Below are positions 40,023-53,094 of a stretch of 64,000 nucleotides of DNA, in pieces. The notes under the pieces are model-generated. The model was given only the letters and a program-made list of their open reading frames with translations. It had not been told where the DNA came from and did no database searches. The translations under genes were made by a program, and so were the position numbers. The stretch is from Paraphysomonas bandaiensis (lineage: Eukaryota > Protista > Chrysophyceae): NCBI GenBank assembly GCA_965644295.1, contig CBFFRP010000146.1, positions 248,001 to 312,000 on the forward strand. The letters are read 5' to 3'. Within the stretch, counting starts at the first letter, position 1. Each line of letters starts with the position of its first letter.

Positions 40023-41369
40023 TATACGACAATTCGACTGCGAAATGTACGACAGTACTGTATATAAGTACTGACACTATCTACGTACAGCAATACATCC
40101 TCAATGAGTCAATCTAAAAATACAAAAACAGCAATTTTCATGTCAAATATCCCAATTTTCAGGTTTAAATCCATCAATAACTGGACATATCCAGACATGC
40201 ATGGACCGTGCGTTAAGGGGCTGGATATACATCCAGAAGAGTACTAGAAGCACCTCTATATGCATCCAGAGGGAATCAAACAATTACTGTCATCTGAAGT
40301 GGTATTTGTAGATCTGTATGATGCACATACAGCATCTAATAGCATTCTATTGCCCCTTATATGAAGCAAGTCATACGGATGCATATACAGTACATCAACA
40401 CCAATATAACAGTCGTATACTATAGTCACTATCATTCTGAAACTTCTGTAGTCATTTTCATTCACAGACCTTGAACTCATGCTTGTTATGTTTACCTTCA
40501 ATCTATACTTTTGTATGCATTCTTCCGTCAGGCGTCTTTTCTTATCAGTATCAGATTAAGGGACGGAAGTGCTACACATGCAGAGAGTATGAGTCAGCAG
40601 TGAATAAAAGCCAGAAAGCGATATGAATATTCGTTTTTCGGGTATTTCTACTTATGAACTTACTATATTTTGCACTATACAATCTTACATATATGTAGTG
40701 TATTGTATCCTTATACTCTGTGATCAATGTATATAAGTGTAGTGTAGCCATTGCACATTTGGAATGGTTATGTGTTACACATGAATCAAGATTTAACGCG
40801 TTCGTGATCGGTATAGCTGCACTGTCATTTCGTGCGACATATATAGCTGTCCTGTAGCGACTGGTTGATTAATATTATTACTTGCTACACTACATGTACT
40901 TGGATGCATTTCTACTACCTATCTTGTACACGACACCAAGACCAAGACCACTTTTCATTATGGATGATACCATGACTTTGAATGACACTTAGTTCGTAGT
41001 TCGGTAATTAGACTGAATGAAAACTACCTTTTAAACGAATAATAATATAATGTATAAAATCGGGATAATTTTAACAGCTGTACCCAATGCCTAATCTTCT
41101 CTAATATCACAAATAATACAGCAAGAATTATAAGTGAAGCTAAACGTGCACGCAAACACCGAATATTTTGAATGATTAATATCGAACTTTAGTTACTTCA
41201 TACACTCTAGTTTAAAGAAGAAAGCGACGAATGAAATGAAACAAAGGAAAAAGTACAAATAAGTACCTCTACCACATAAGTAGTTCAAAACAGTACAATA
41301 AACTAAAGTTACATAACAAACTCTCCCCTGTCAGTGGCGTACGCAACAAGAATGTGAGCCATTTCAGAC

Positions 41370-44300
41370 TTATGCAATCCGAAACTTATGAGACACAACA
41401 GACTTGCGTTTGGTCAACTCGTCGAAACCTCCATTGGACAAAGCCGCTGCCGTGTTTCCTGAGTGTCCAACTCCACTCCAGCAAACTTGCGCATGAACGT
41501 CATTACACCAGTTAACGAAAACAGTTCCAGAGTCAGAGTTTGAGATGAAATCATCTACAAGTTTTTTGTTTTGCGTGAACACAGAAGTCGTCAGGCCGTA
41601 ATAGGCATGGTTTATGTAACCCAATGCTTCTTCATCAGATTCCACAGTTATAACCGGCAACACGGGGCCGAATACTTCTTGCTGCAACACGCACATGTCT
41701 GGAGATACGTGAGTGAGAAGTGTGGGTTCAATGAAAGCACATGTGTCTCGCTCAACAATACGGCCGCCAGTGATTACCTGCGCACCCTGGGACACGGCAT
41801 CATCCACCATTGCCTTCAGAGCAGTCACAGCTTTCCTGCCTCCATGCAGTGGCCCGAGTGTGGTTTTCTCGTCAAGAGGGTCGCCTAAAACATGAGACTC
41901 CATAGCTTCCTTAGATTTACGCAAAAACTCGTTTTCAACAGACTTGTGAACGTAGGCCCTCTTAATGGAACAGCATGACTGACCGGAGTTATGAAGTCGG
42001 CCAATATTAATTACCATGTTCACAGCATGGTCAATATCCGCGTCTGCCGCAATATAAACCGCATCGCTACCACCTAACTCCACAGAAACACGTATGAATG
42101 GGTTTCGAAGAAATGTATTCGCAGCACGACGTGCGACTTGCTTATATATCGCTTGTCCACCCAATACTGATCCAGTGAAGACAACATGATGAATATCACC
42201 CTTTTGAATGATGTCATTCGATGTTTCAATGCCGACATTAACGTGCTGACACAAGCCTGATATTCCTCCCATTGTATTGAATACTTTTTGGAAAAACTCA
42301 CCCACACATGGGGTTGTCTCGTGCTTTAAAATAACCGCATTTCCAGAGAGCAGCGCTGGACCAATACTGTTTAGAGCAGTAAAAAATGGATAGTTCCACG
42401 GCGCTATTGTGTAAATGACACCTTTGGCCGGCTTTTGAATCAAGTATGAGAAATCTCCCTCTTCCGTGTAGGCAGGAGTAATTGCTTGAGTACTCTCTTG
42501 GGCGATCTTAGCAAGATATCGCAATTTACCCACTCCAGCTTCTATTTCCTGGCGAGCAGCAGATACGGTTTTTCCAACTTCTTTAGCAAACTGAATAACC
42601 ACTGAGTCCATGGTGGAGATGATGACATCAAGCTGTTCTGTGAATACAGCAATACGCTGAGATGGTTTCAGCAACTCCCACTGTTTCTGTGCCACATGCG
42701 CATTAGATATTTTCTCTGTAACTGTTTCAAAGCTCTCATAGACATATCGGCCTACAACGTTTCCTGTGTATGGACTGAGAATAGAGTTTTCTTCTTCGTC
42801 AGGAGGACGATTTTGTGGTATAGAGTGGCCACCATTTTGACAGTTCGCCACAGCTTCGGTTGCTGCGGAAACAAACCTGTCAATCTGGCCACGGGTAGTT
42901 AGAAACGAAGTCACTAAACGACATTCCACAGGGGCTGTACTAAGTACCAGAAAACGATACTCCGCACGAAGCGCCTCCAATATCTCTACTGGACATGAAA
43001 ATATCACCATATTGGTCTCCACAGGACGTGTGATGGTAAACCCCGCCACTTTCCCCAAACAATCGCGTAGATATATGGCACAGTCATGAGCATGGGTTGC
43101 AATGCGAAACCACAGTTCAGACTGACCTAGCCACTCTGTAAACTGTGCCGCTGCGAATCTAACCTTCGATAGAAGTTGCATACCTTGCTTACGTACATAT
43201 TTGAAATCAGGGTTTGGTTTTCGGAACAAGACAACTTCAGCCCCTTCCAAGCCACTTTTAGTTCCCCCAAAGGATACCACATCGACCCCTAAATCAAAAG
43301 TGAGCCCTTTAAATGTGGTGTCCAATCTAGCTACAGCATTGGCAAGTCGAGACCCGTCAACATGCACCAAAAACGAATGATTGTGAGCAAAATTTACGAG
43401 TTTACGAATCTCATCTGCAGTGTATATTTGGCCGAATTCGTTAGGCTGAGTAATTGATATAATTCCCGGTTGAGAACGATGAGGAATAGGAAGCAACTGC
43501 ACAGCAAAAGGAAGAAGAGATTCGGGGGTCAGTTTTCCATCATGTGTGTAAATTGGTATTAGCTTACACCCACAGAAACGTTCAGGGGCACCACATTCGT
43601 CGGTCGCAAGATGGGAGACTGACGAGCACAGAATTGTCTGGTAAGGACGTATCAGAGATGATATAGCAAGCACATTTGCGGCAGTGCCTGTCCCTACAAT
43701 ATATGCATCCACATCATCTCCAAAATGAGATTTGAGGCATCTTATCGCCGACGCTGTGTACTTATCGCCTCCATAGGCTAGAGTTGCATCGATATTACAA
43801 CGCTGCATAGCGAGCATGACATCGGGGTGGACACCAGACGCGTTATCGCTCGAGAGACAAGCAGATTCATCAACATTGTCAACCAAAAGGCGGTGAGCAG
43901 GATCGCCACTAGGCAATAGAGGAATAATTTGCAGTTTGTGACCTCCTACTCTCCGTGCGCCCTCAGCAGTAACAACGACTGTGTCTGATAGACCAACGGG
44001 TCCTCTGTGTGGACCTTCGCTCACCTCAAACCATGGAATAAAGTGAAACACCATATTCTCTTCAAAAGGAATATGATTATTCATAGATATGGAGAAACAT
44101 GCATCTCCCCACCCAGCGTTACCGGCAGGAGCAGTGGCTGTTCCTCCGACAGTGTAGCCAAGCCGCGCGGACGACACTCCGTTGAAAGTATTGGAGTTCA
44201 TGATCCGCTTGGCAACCGCATCCACTTCGCTGGGCTTCACACCTGGCTTCATCATTGGAAGGCATGTATCGAAAACTTCATTGATCTTTTGCTCCGCCTC

Positions 44301-45249
44301 CATGATCCAGTCAGGGAGTGTGTCCTCGCCGTCAGATAGAAGAAATGCTGTTTGCATTCGCGGGGCGTGATGACCCTTATGGTTTCCAGACAACTCTATG
44401 AAGACAATACCACTATCCACTCCACAACGCTCATAAACCTCCCATGTTCCATGGCCGGAGGGATCCGAAGAACGGATAATTGGCATATACGCAGGCTCAC
44501 TGCAACCTGCTTTGAACATTGCTTGCAGGGCGGTTAAGTAGATGTCGCTCAAAAGTGCACCACGTCTACTGGCCGCAAGACCAGCGACAATACCCACTTT
44601 GGTCTGCTCCATAGCTGTTGCAATATTAGTGAGTTCGAATGGAGTTTTCTTTAGACGAATCTTCTCCACAAGTCCATTGCTATCCACAAATCGTACCTGG
44701 GGATTGCTTTCCTGCAAAGTCATGTGCTCCCTGACGGAGACCTGATTGAGGTCCAGGCCCACATTTGCAGTTCCCCCATCCTTGGAGCCAAGAACAGACT
44801 CCAACGCCTTCGCAAATACTTTTGTGGGGTCCGCAGAATCAAGACAAGACCACCACTGTGAAACCCACGTATATTTTTCGACCTGGAAAAATATTAAATA
44901 CGTTAAATATGTACATTTGACATACCAAGTTGGTTTCCAGTAGTCTTGCAACCATCACAGGGCGGCCTTCCAGGGGAACTAACAAAGTTTGCGGTTGAGA
45001 ATCTCCAAGAGTATGAAATCCAGTCATGTATCGCAAATCCTCATTTTTAACACACAATACATCCAAACCCAAACTCGCCATCGCCTCTCTCACAGTCTGC
45101 AATCTGGATTTATACTCATCCACTGGTGCCTCAAGAGCAGCAATACAGTGACTGGCTCTTCCAAAATTCATATCATCACATGGGAGATCTCCAACAATAA
45201 CTCCAGGATGAATAAGTGTACCACGATGAAATTCATGAACTGCTTCCAT
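41370..45249 (-). CDS. Trifunctional fusion: DoeA/EutD-like M24 hydrolase + low-specificity L-threonine aldolase + aldehyde dehydrogenase (~1278 aa)
   Basis: Exon 1 45249-44926, 43-nt GT-AG intron, exon 2 44882-41370, in frame. M24: EYKSRL...YMTGF...RLKKTPFEL...GHGTW...FIELSG...RLGYTVG...MVFHF...LSDTVVVT. Aldolase: SDNASG, YGGD, GTAAN, DECGAPE, HVDGSRLANA, SFGGTK. ALDH: APWNYP, FTGS, VELGG, NSGQSCC, EVFGP. Confidence 0.93.
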
Positions 45250-46059
45250 CTCTGTGTTGTTTTTGAGGGTTGTTTAGTATTGATGTATATGGATTTGACT
45301 CGGTGTTAGTATGGTGTGTTGTATGATTGATATTTATATAGTCGTAATGCACACAGCCATGCATTGGTATGATGTCAGCAGAACAACAAGAGTACAGGCA
45401 TCTCATATCCGCTCCATGTTCCTATGAATGTTTAGGTGTGTCTTGTGATTTCATTGGTCGAGATCCTGATAGGATACACAGTACAGCGTATATATACAGT
45501 ACATATGGACAGAGATCCATCCCACTATACATACATACATGCTACACCCCTATATACACCTACGGTACACCCATGCACTTCTACACCTAACGTTATCATA
45601 CTGAAACACAACGTACAATAGAGTACAGCTTTGTTGACTTTTCGGGTTTGCAACAAAAAACGGTAGTTTTGTCATTATTTTGAATATCGTTACTCGCTAA
45701 AACCAACAAGAGTATAAAAATCCATATTTTCATGATTGAAACTCTCAACAAAAATGGATGCCTTGTATATACCGTACAGCAGTATATCATGTATACGGGA
45801 GTTTGTGCACGGTATAGTGCAGAGTATGGTGTTGATATGTAACGACACTATCCACCTATCTCTGCATGTAACTTGCATATATACTAGTATATACATACTG
45901 CTGCACGATAAGTGACTCCAATTACACTCATTGCACATCACTGTCGTATGAGGATACATTGTAAGTGAGTCCACAGTATACACGTCGTGGTATCACTCTA
46001 CACCCCGTGAATGTATCTACTCATTAATACGTGCTGTTGAGATATTATTTGTACCAAAT

Positions 46060-47121
46060 ATGGGTGCAGCTGCGTCTTCGCTTCCTTCATGGATGGATGA
46101 CGATGAGTTGAAGCGGATATGTGGAAAAGAATATGAAAGGCATAGGAAAACATTACAACTCTTTAAGAATGAACGTGGTGTTGTGGATACTATCGAATTT
46201 CTTAAATATTTTGCGGATAAACACGAACGTGAAGTCTGGCGAATTTTCGAGCGCTACGGGACAGATGGACATCTTAACTGCGAGTCTTTCGTAAAGCTTT
46301 GTCGTGAAGCAAAGATATTAAATAAAGTTAATTTCTCTGCACGACGTGCAGAAGCTTTCTTTACTGCCTTTTCGTCTATGGTTTTATCTCAAACGATCAA
46401 TTATCATCAATTTCGTGTAGAACTATTACCGTCAACTGCCGAAGAAATTGGAATGTCGTTGCAGGATTTGATTTTAAGAATAGCATATATAGACGCAGAT
46501 GATCAAGAAGCTACGACAACTTCTGTATCGTTAGAAGACACAGAAAAATTCATGAAGAATGTGCCCGGTGTCAAGATGAAAGGAGCGAAAGCAATCTTTA
46601 GAACTGTGGTTAAATTGCAGTCATTCCATCGACGAGTTCAAGCGTCGAGAAGAGTAACAGAGATGCAACTGGTAACTTATATGTGGCTGCACTTTTAAAA
46701 CATAATGTTGACTTTCTAGGATCGAAGAGTATCTATGTCTGAGGTAGACCCGTCGGCTGATCTTCTAGTTATCCCTCGGGATGGACATCAGGACACTGTT
46801 CTACAAGCATCTTTTGCGAAGTTTAGTACTCTTGATGAAATGGATGCTGCGGCTTTTGTCAAAATGTGCCGCTCAGCGAAGATCCTTAATAAGAAGTTCA
46901 CATCTAGTGCGGTTCGATTGGTTTTCAATCGTGCCAAAGCAATCTGTCAGGCGCCGGGTTGCCGTCGGGAATATCAAGAAGGCCTATTTTTGGACAAAAA
47001 AATTAACTACACTGTGTTCAGAGGAGTGTTGATTCCTTTATTAGCCGATAGAGACCCGAATTCGATTGAGAGTGTGATACTTGCTCTGTCGAAAGATAAT
47101 CTCCCACAGCCTGCATCGTAG
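46060..47121 (+). CDS. Protein with two p25-alpha (TPPP)-like domains and an IQ-like motif
   Basis: MGAAAS; FVKLCREAKILNK...INYHQF and FVKMCRSAKILNKKFT...VFNRAK...KINYTVF; VVKLQSFHRRVQASRR. One intron. Confidence 0.7.
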
Positions 47122-47963
47122 TTGAATTATACTGCATTCTTGATAGTTAGATGTTTTCTCTATTTGTGTGATGTATATATTTGCAATGTATATTTGTAGG
47201 AAGCATAGAGGTAGTGGCTATATTGCTTCCATCTTGCTATTACAAACATACACTCGTATGCGAATGATTGTTTTGCATGTATTTGCTCACTTGCTAAGAA
47301 ACTAATGTTGCATAATTAAAATCATACTATATATTAGTTTTATTAACAATAGAGCTGTACCAGAAGAAATGTTGAGGAACTGATTGGTAGCATGAACCAC
47401 TCACAGCACTTCAATGGTAAATGCTAGCTGTTTAGTTTTGCTGTTTGTGAGCAATTAATAGCTGTAGTTTCCAAGATATTTGAATTATATCCGTTACTCA
47501 AAGAATACAGTAGTAGCTAGCTGTATTATGAGAACCAATAATATGATAGCCATTGTAGTGATGAAACTGAAATATACTGACTGTACAAGATAGTGACGAT
47601 GTAAGATCGCACTAGAAATGGTTGGTGTAGTAGAGATAAAAATGAATGAAGTATGGTATCTCTCATAATTATATAATATTCTATATAAGTGTTTCTCAAG
47701 GTCTTATTACTAAAAATGTCACTTTCTAACACTAGCAACATGCTTCTTTTTAAATTCTATTTATGAATTTAGAACGAAATACTACGCACTCAATAAGCGC
47801 ATAGAGTATTGAGTAACACTGTACACTGTACACTAACGCACTCAATAACTTCATTATGTGTACAACCATTCCGTGTACAATAATTTCGTCCAAACAGACA
47901 AATACTCTATTTGCCAGATATTTACTACAAATACTCTATAGATATATTACACAGGATTGACAG

Positions 47964-49349
47964 CTAATGTACCCATCCCTTCTCGTGCCCTGCTTCCATC
48001 ATAGGCTCCACCAAGCCGCGAAACCGTACATTCCATTCATTCTTTGTAGAGATTTTCCCTATCCAACGGGCACCGTACCCTGAAATCACAACCACAATTA
48101 GCGCAACGCACTCTTGATAGTTCGTTTTTTCATACAATCCCTGCTTTCACACACCTTCCAGCGTGCGAACTTCTATGATGATGTCATTATTCTGCACGCC
48201 ACTCATGTTATGTATATTTATCCACGTGCAACTCTTCATGAGTTTTTCCACAAGTTGAAAGGCGGTAATGTTTTTCTTAGCTTCTGGTCCAGTACAATCG
48301 CCCCAAAAGTTTTCAGAAGATCGATGGGCATGCTTGCACACGGCCCTAAATATACGGTAAACACGCATACTAGGCGTCTAAACAAACAGATACACAATTA
48401 AGTAATAAATACCTAGCTCCAACAGTTAAGATACTCTTTTTCTTCCCTTTTTGTTTGGTCTGGATTTGTTGCTGGTATGAACTTAAGGAGAGGTCCGATG
48501 AGGGTGTATGGGGTTCGTTAAAGGCCTCCAAGAGAAGCTCTCTGAAATATTCAAACTCAGTATAAACCCAATACACACGCTACACACGTTTCAACATACC
48601 TATCAGGAGGGCATAAGTCCACAGATCCAACGGTGGTTCTTAACCCTAATATCAGCGAGATACCTCGCGTTCCCATTGTTAGCAAGAGTTCTCGCATGTT
48701 TGCAATGACCCTTTTGGGAACTTTAATAGTGCTGTTTGTGGACACATATGGCGTGGGAACTTCAATCATATTGTAGTCTAACAAGTTTATATAAGTTTTG
48801 ACCAAGTTGTGTATTAACGAAAAAAACAATTATTACCTCCTGTTTCACTAGAACAAAGACTAGAGCTGGATAACTTACACCATATATAGCCCCAGAATCC
48901 ATTAATAGGGTTACACTGAGAAGAAGTAAATAACGCTTCTGTTATGTATTAGATGTGACACTCACTTGACTGTGAACTTCAAGACTTTCGGCGATATCAT
49001 CTACGACATTAACAATCATTTGAGTAGGATCCTGATGAAAGACATCTAACTCCTGGATGCCGTATAATTCCATTGGCGATAGCCTTGGCAAATTACCAGC
49101 ACATGAGCAATAATACATTGCATTAGCTACAACTAAGTAATATGGCTTGATAGGATATCCTATGATAGTGTCTCTACACTCATTGGCCATAGGGTTCACA
49201 TCACTTGTAATCGGCAATTCAAGCATTCCAGTGAGAAATCGTGTAAACGTGCAGTCTGTTTCCGTAATTAGGTCCAATATCGCCTGTCGAACAACAGCAG
49301 CTAAGACATCTAGTAGAATAGGTCGTACTTCTTCAGTCTCTGTAGACAT
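47964..49349 (-). CDS. Hypothetical multi-exon protein
   Basis: Chain of minus-strand ORF pieces joined by GT-AG introns, ending ...GARWIGKISTKNEWNVRFRGLVEPMMEAGHEKGWVH-stop. No family recognised. Confidence 0.6.
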
Positions 49350-49977
49350 ACTAGATAAACTGATCTCTAATCACTCCATTGTGTAGTATGTGTGTATAGT
49401 GTGTGTTTGTAGTGTGTGTGTATAGTGTATAGTGTGTGTTTGTATAGAGGAATAAAGATATCACTGTAATACTGTGATGAACATTCCTCTGAACACACTA
49501 TTATCACTGTAGATTTGGTTGTGGTACACTCGAGTTTAATATGTGAGTGTATTCTTATTGTCCGTGGATCGATTACTGGATCATCAGTAGAGAGATGAGC
49601 TAAAAATCCACCTTATTTGGTTGACAGTCCTGCTATATATCAGTATTTTTGTGTGAAAGTATATAAATCAGTAATATTTCTTCTTAATTTCGACTACAAA
49701 TACCCAAAAACCCTATTATTTAATTCAATCAATGCTGTAATATGAACACATACACTCCTGCTGGCTGTACATGCACAATGGCACTGATATATCCCATAGC
49801 GCCTTCTTAAACTATCCACATGTCGCTTTATGCCAATTGATGTTAAGTTCATTGCGATCATATATACGAGGTGTGTAAATAATATCAATGTATTAAAACT
49901 AACTGTTCCTCACAGGGAGTACATCTATTAGCAGTCAGTGTGCAGCGGTCTATACATATCTATACACTCATCGTGCA

Positions 49978-50480
49978 ATGTCAGGAATATATTTTGGTCC
50001 ATGGGAATTAAATATAGGCCAAATATTTTATGAGAGTGAATTGAGCTTAGGGATTGTGAATTTGAAGCCCATAGTACCTGGGCATGTCTTGATTATACCT
50101 AAGCGTGTCTGCGCAAGATTTGGAGATCTTACCCCTGAGGAAGTTACTGATTTATACTTAAGTGTCCATCGTGTTGGTCCTATATTGGAGAGGCACTACA
50201 ATGCTCAAGCTCTGAACATAGCTATGCAAGATGGCGCTGCATCTGGGCAATCTGTACCACACGTTCACGTTCACATACTGCCCAGAAAGGTAAGCAGTAT
50301 TGACTTCTCATTCATTGATATTAAAAACCTTTATAGCAAGGTGATTACAAACGAAACGATGATATTTATGAGCAAATTGATAACCATGATGCTGGTATCG
50401 ATTTTACACGCGAGCGCTTGCCCCGCTCTATAGAGGAGATGACGGCTGAAAGTGACGAGCTGAAACCCCTATTTTTATGA
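49978..50480 (+). CDS. FHIT: Bis(5'-adenosyl)-triphosphatase (fragile histidine triad family)
   Basis: VNLKPIVPGHVLIIP; DLTPEEVTDL; AMQDGAASGQSVPHVHVHILPRK; second exon GDYKRNDDIY...RSIEEMTAE. Confidence 0.93.
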
Positions 50481-50868
50481 AGTTTTCACTGTCTCCAATG
50501 AATTTGTATTGGTTAGTGAAGTATAGAGTTTGAAAAGTGGATATATGTGATGTTGTCGGGTCCTACTATCAAATTAACAGTCGTGGTATAGTAAGTGGTT
50601 CTACCGGATTTCGTGTACAGCCACCCATTGATGCTTAACATAAACACATATAGTAGTATTGCCTTCGCAGTAACAACGCGTCCTGTGATGTAGTTTTTAC
50701 AAGCTATTAGTTTTAAAACTGTTGTTTTAACGATCAGCTTTAAAAAATATATAACGTCGAACTTTGTACCCATATACCGCTACAAAAATGTTTCATGTCT
50801 GGTATAAACTATAAACCCATTCAGTGCAGTAGGTCTAACGATCAACTACCTGCACATCAGAGTAGCTT

Positions 50869-52454
50869 CTATTTCTTTTTCTTTTCGTTTTTACTTTTCT
50901 TTTTATTTCTTTTCTTCATATCTTTTTTTGGTACTTTGAAGATTGTGGGCTGAAATACGGGAAGCTGAGTGAGTGGGGGACGAAATCCATTCCAAACTGG
51001 AGGCCAAAGTGGAGAGTTTTTATCCTTATTATCTGGCACAAAGTTTCTAGTAGGAGTTTTAACTTGTCGTATAATAGTTGTAGGCGATGAGCTCCTTGTC
51101 GAAATATAATACGGCTCCTGGATGTCCTCATCAGCTTCAAAGTGGCCCTGTTCTACTACTTCAACAAGTCCCAGAGTGAATGTATTACGAAGGAGTGTTT
51201 GGCTGCAGTTATCGCGAACAAAAACGGTAGACATTGACAAAATACCACCAGGACTCTTCTCAGGACTTTCATCTAATGTGTTTAACCATTCATACAGTGG
51301 AAGCCCTGAAAACACCTGTTATCAAAATAACGAGTAAATTAACTACAACCTCGAAAGGGAGAAACTGAAGCTTCTCTTTCGCCGTATTCAGTGGTAGTAT
51401 AGTACATATCACGTGATATGAAAAGATGATGACTACCGTCCACATAGTACAAAATTACATTGGGCACAGAGCTCCACACCTCCAGTACATCTGTCTGTGC
51501 TGAATAGAACTCATCAGGGCTCAACCTATTACCTCCGAATGACATAGATATCGAATTGTAGAGATGACTAATTGTAGCGTCTTGCTTAGACTGAATGAAA
51601 ACAAATGGGACAGTTGGGTGTTGCTTGATTCGTGCGAGCATGATATCTGTATGAGTAAAATTCATATCCCAGCAATTCTGAAAAATATCGGGTGGGACCA
51701 GCACAGAGTCACAAAAAGACCACATTTCATAAAACCTATTGTTATACTCTGAAGGAACATAAGTAACCAAACTATCCATTAGTACTGCGTGGAATAGTGA
51801 TGGCAAGGATTGAATAAAAATACTGGACCACATCTGAACACTTATTGAACCGGCCGAACTACCCGAAAGAATACACTTGCTAAACACCTTAGAGAGATGA
51901 CCAGACAACTGCTGACTGGCTATCCAATTTAAAGCTGATAATGCGTTCATTCGTCCTCGATGTATGACTTGCTCCCCTGCAGCATTCGTAAATTTTCCTT
52001 CACTGTGCCCAGCAAAGAAGTCGGCAGAGCAGTATGATAGCATGACCGTGGTGTACGCACCGAATGGGTTGTTTTTATGCTGAGAACTAAATATACCAAT
52101 TCTTTTATGAGGCTGAGCATATTTTCTACACAAGCCATTATCGTAGGACTGTTGATTCCAGCACAAACCTCCTCCTTGAAAGTGAACATGTAACTTCTCT
52201 GGATCTCCTACTGTAACAACGAAAGAGTACTGGTGAGGCTCTGCACCGAGTGTTGATTCAATACATGCCGTATCTTCACCTGGAAAGATCTGAATGGTTT
52301 GTCCGAGTGAGAACTGACTGATACTGCAGTCATCTGTGTCCAGATAACACTGAAAATCAGGAGTTTTGAGATCTACGACATCTTGTGCATAAGTCAACAC
52401 TATCCACAAACACAAGACCACAGTCGTTCGTTGGTAATGATTTGTATACTGCAT
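50869..52454 (-). CDS. Pectin-acetylesterase/Notum-family hydrolase, secreted
   Basis: Signal peptide; HFQGGGLCW; YCSADFFAG; LSGSSAGS nucleophile elbow; QSKQD; GSHH; basic tail in exon 2. Confidence 0.82.
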
Positions 52455-53094
52455 AGAAATATCAATAACACACTATCTCTTAGTATGATATGTATACCTG
52501 TGAAAGTGACTGTCATCACTGTCTGTGCTTCACAGTCTCCTGCAGGATATGTATGTATATTCTTATATGGAGGAGATGGCAAATACTTCATATGACCTTA
52601 CTCAAATACAATATAGTGGTGTCTACTCGTGTTCATTACATATATAACTGGATGATAGAGTGTGAGTAGATCTCATTGTTGTACAGGTAATGGATCATAT
52701 CTATAGAGACGTACTGGCTGTACGACGTAGATATCCATACTATGTCCACACTCCCTCAGGCGGCTGTATATTTTGTATATCTGTATACCATACGGCATAC
52801 AGAGCATACAGTCTATTTGTACACAGCAAACTGTAGTTATAAGCATCCCCATATGGGGATATTTCTAAAGTATGGAGTTCGACGTAGCTAACGACGACAT
52901 GCAATAGATCTTTTCGAAGTCGAAGTGTTGACATGGTAGTGAGAAAAATTCATACAGAAAAAAGGATATGTTACGACAGTATCCATATGTTACTATGATA
53001 CGTGAATTCCATCATGCTAAGTCGTCTACTTCTCCTTCTATATATACATAAGCACTAACATAACTAACCAGAACTATATTACCCGATCATTGAC

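Noticed and set aside
43915-45249. M24 domain as DMSP lyase DddP or a conventional Xaa-Pro peptidase
   Set aside because: The binuclear metal-ligand motifs those enzymes need are not visible; the pattern fits the metal-independent DoeA/EutD type better.
48880-48925. LLMDSGA reading suggesting a DDI1/retroviral-type aspartic protease
   Set aside because: The splice phase of the preceding exon puts this exon in another frame (CNPINGFWGYIW), and no other protease motifs were found.
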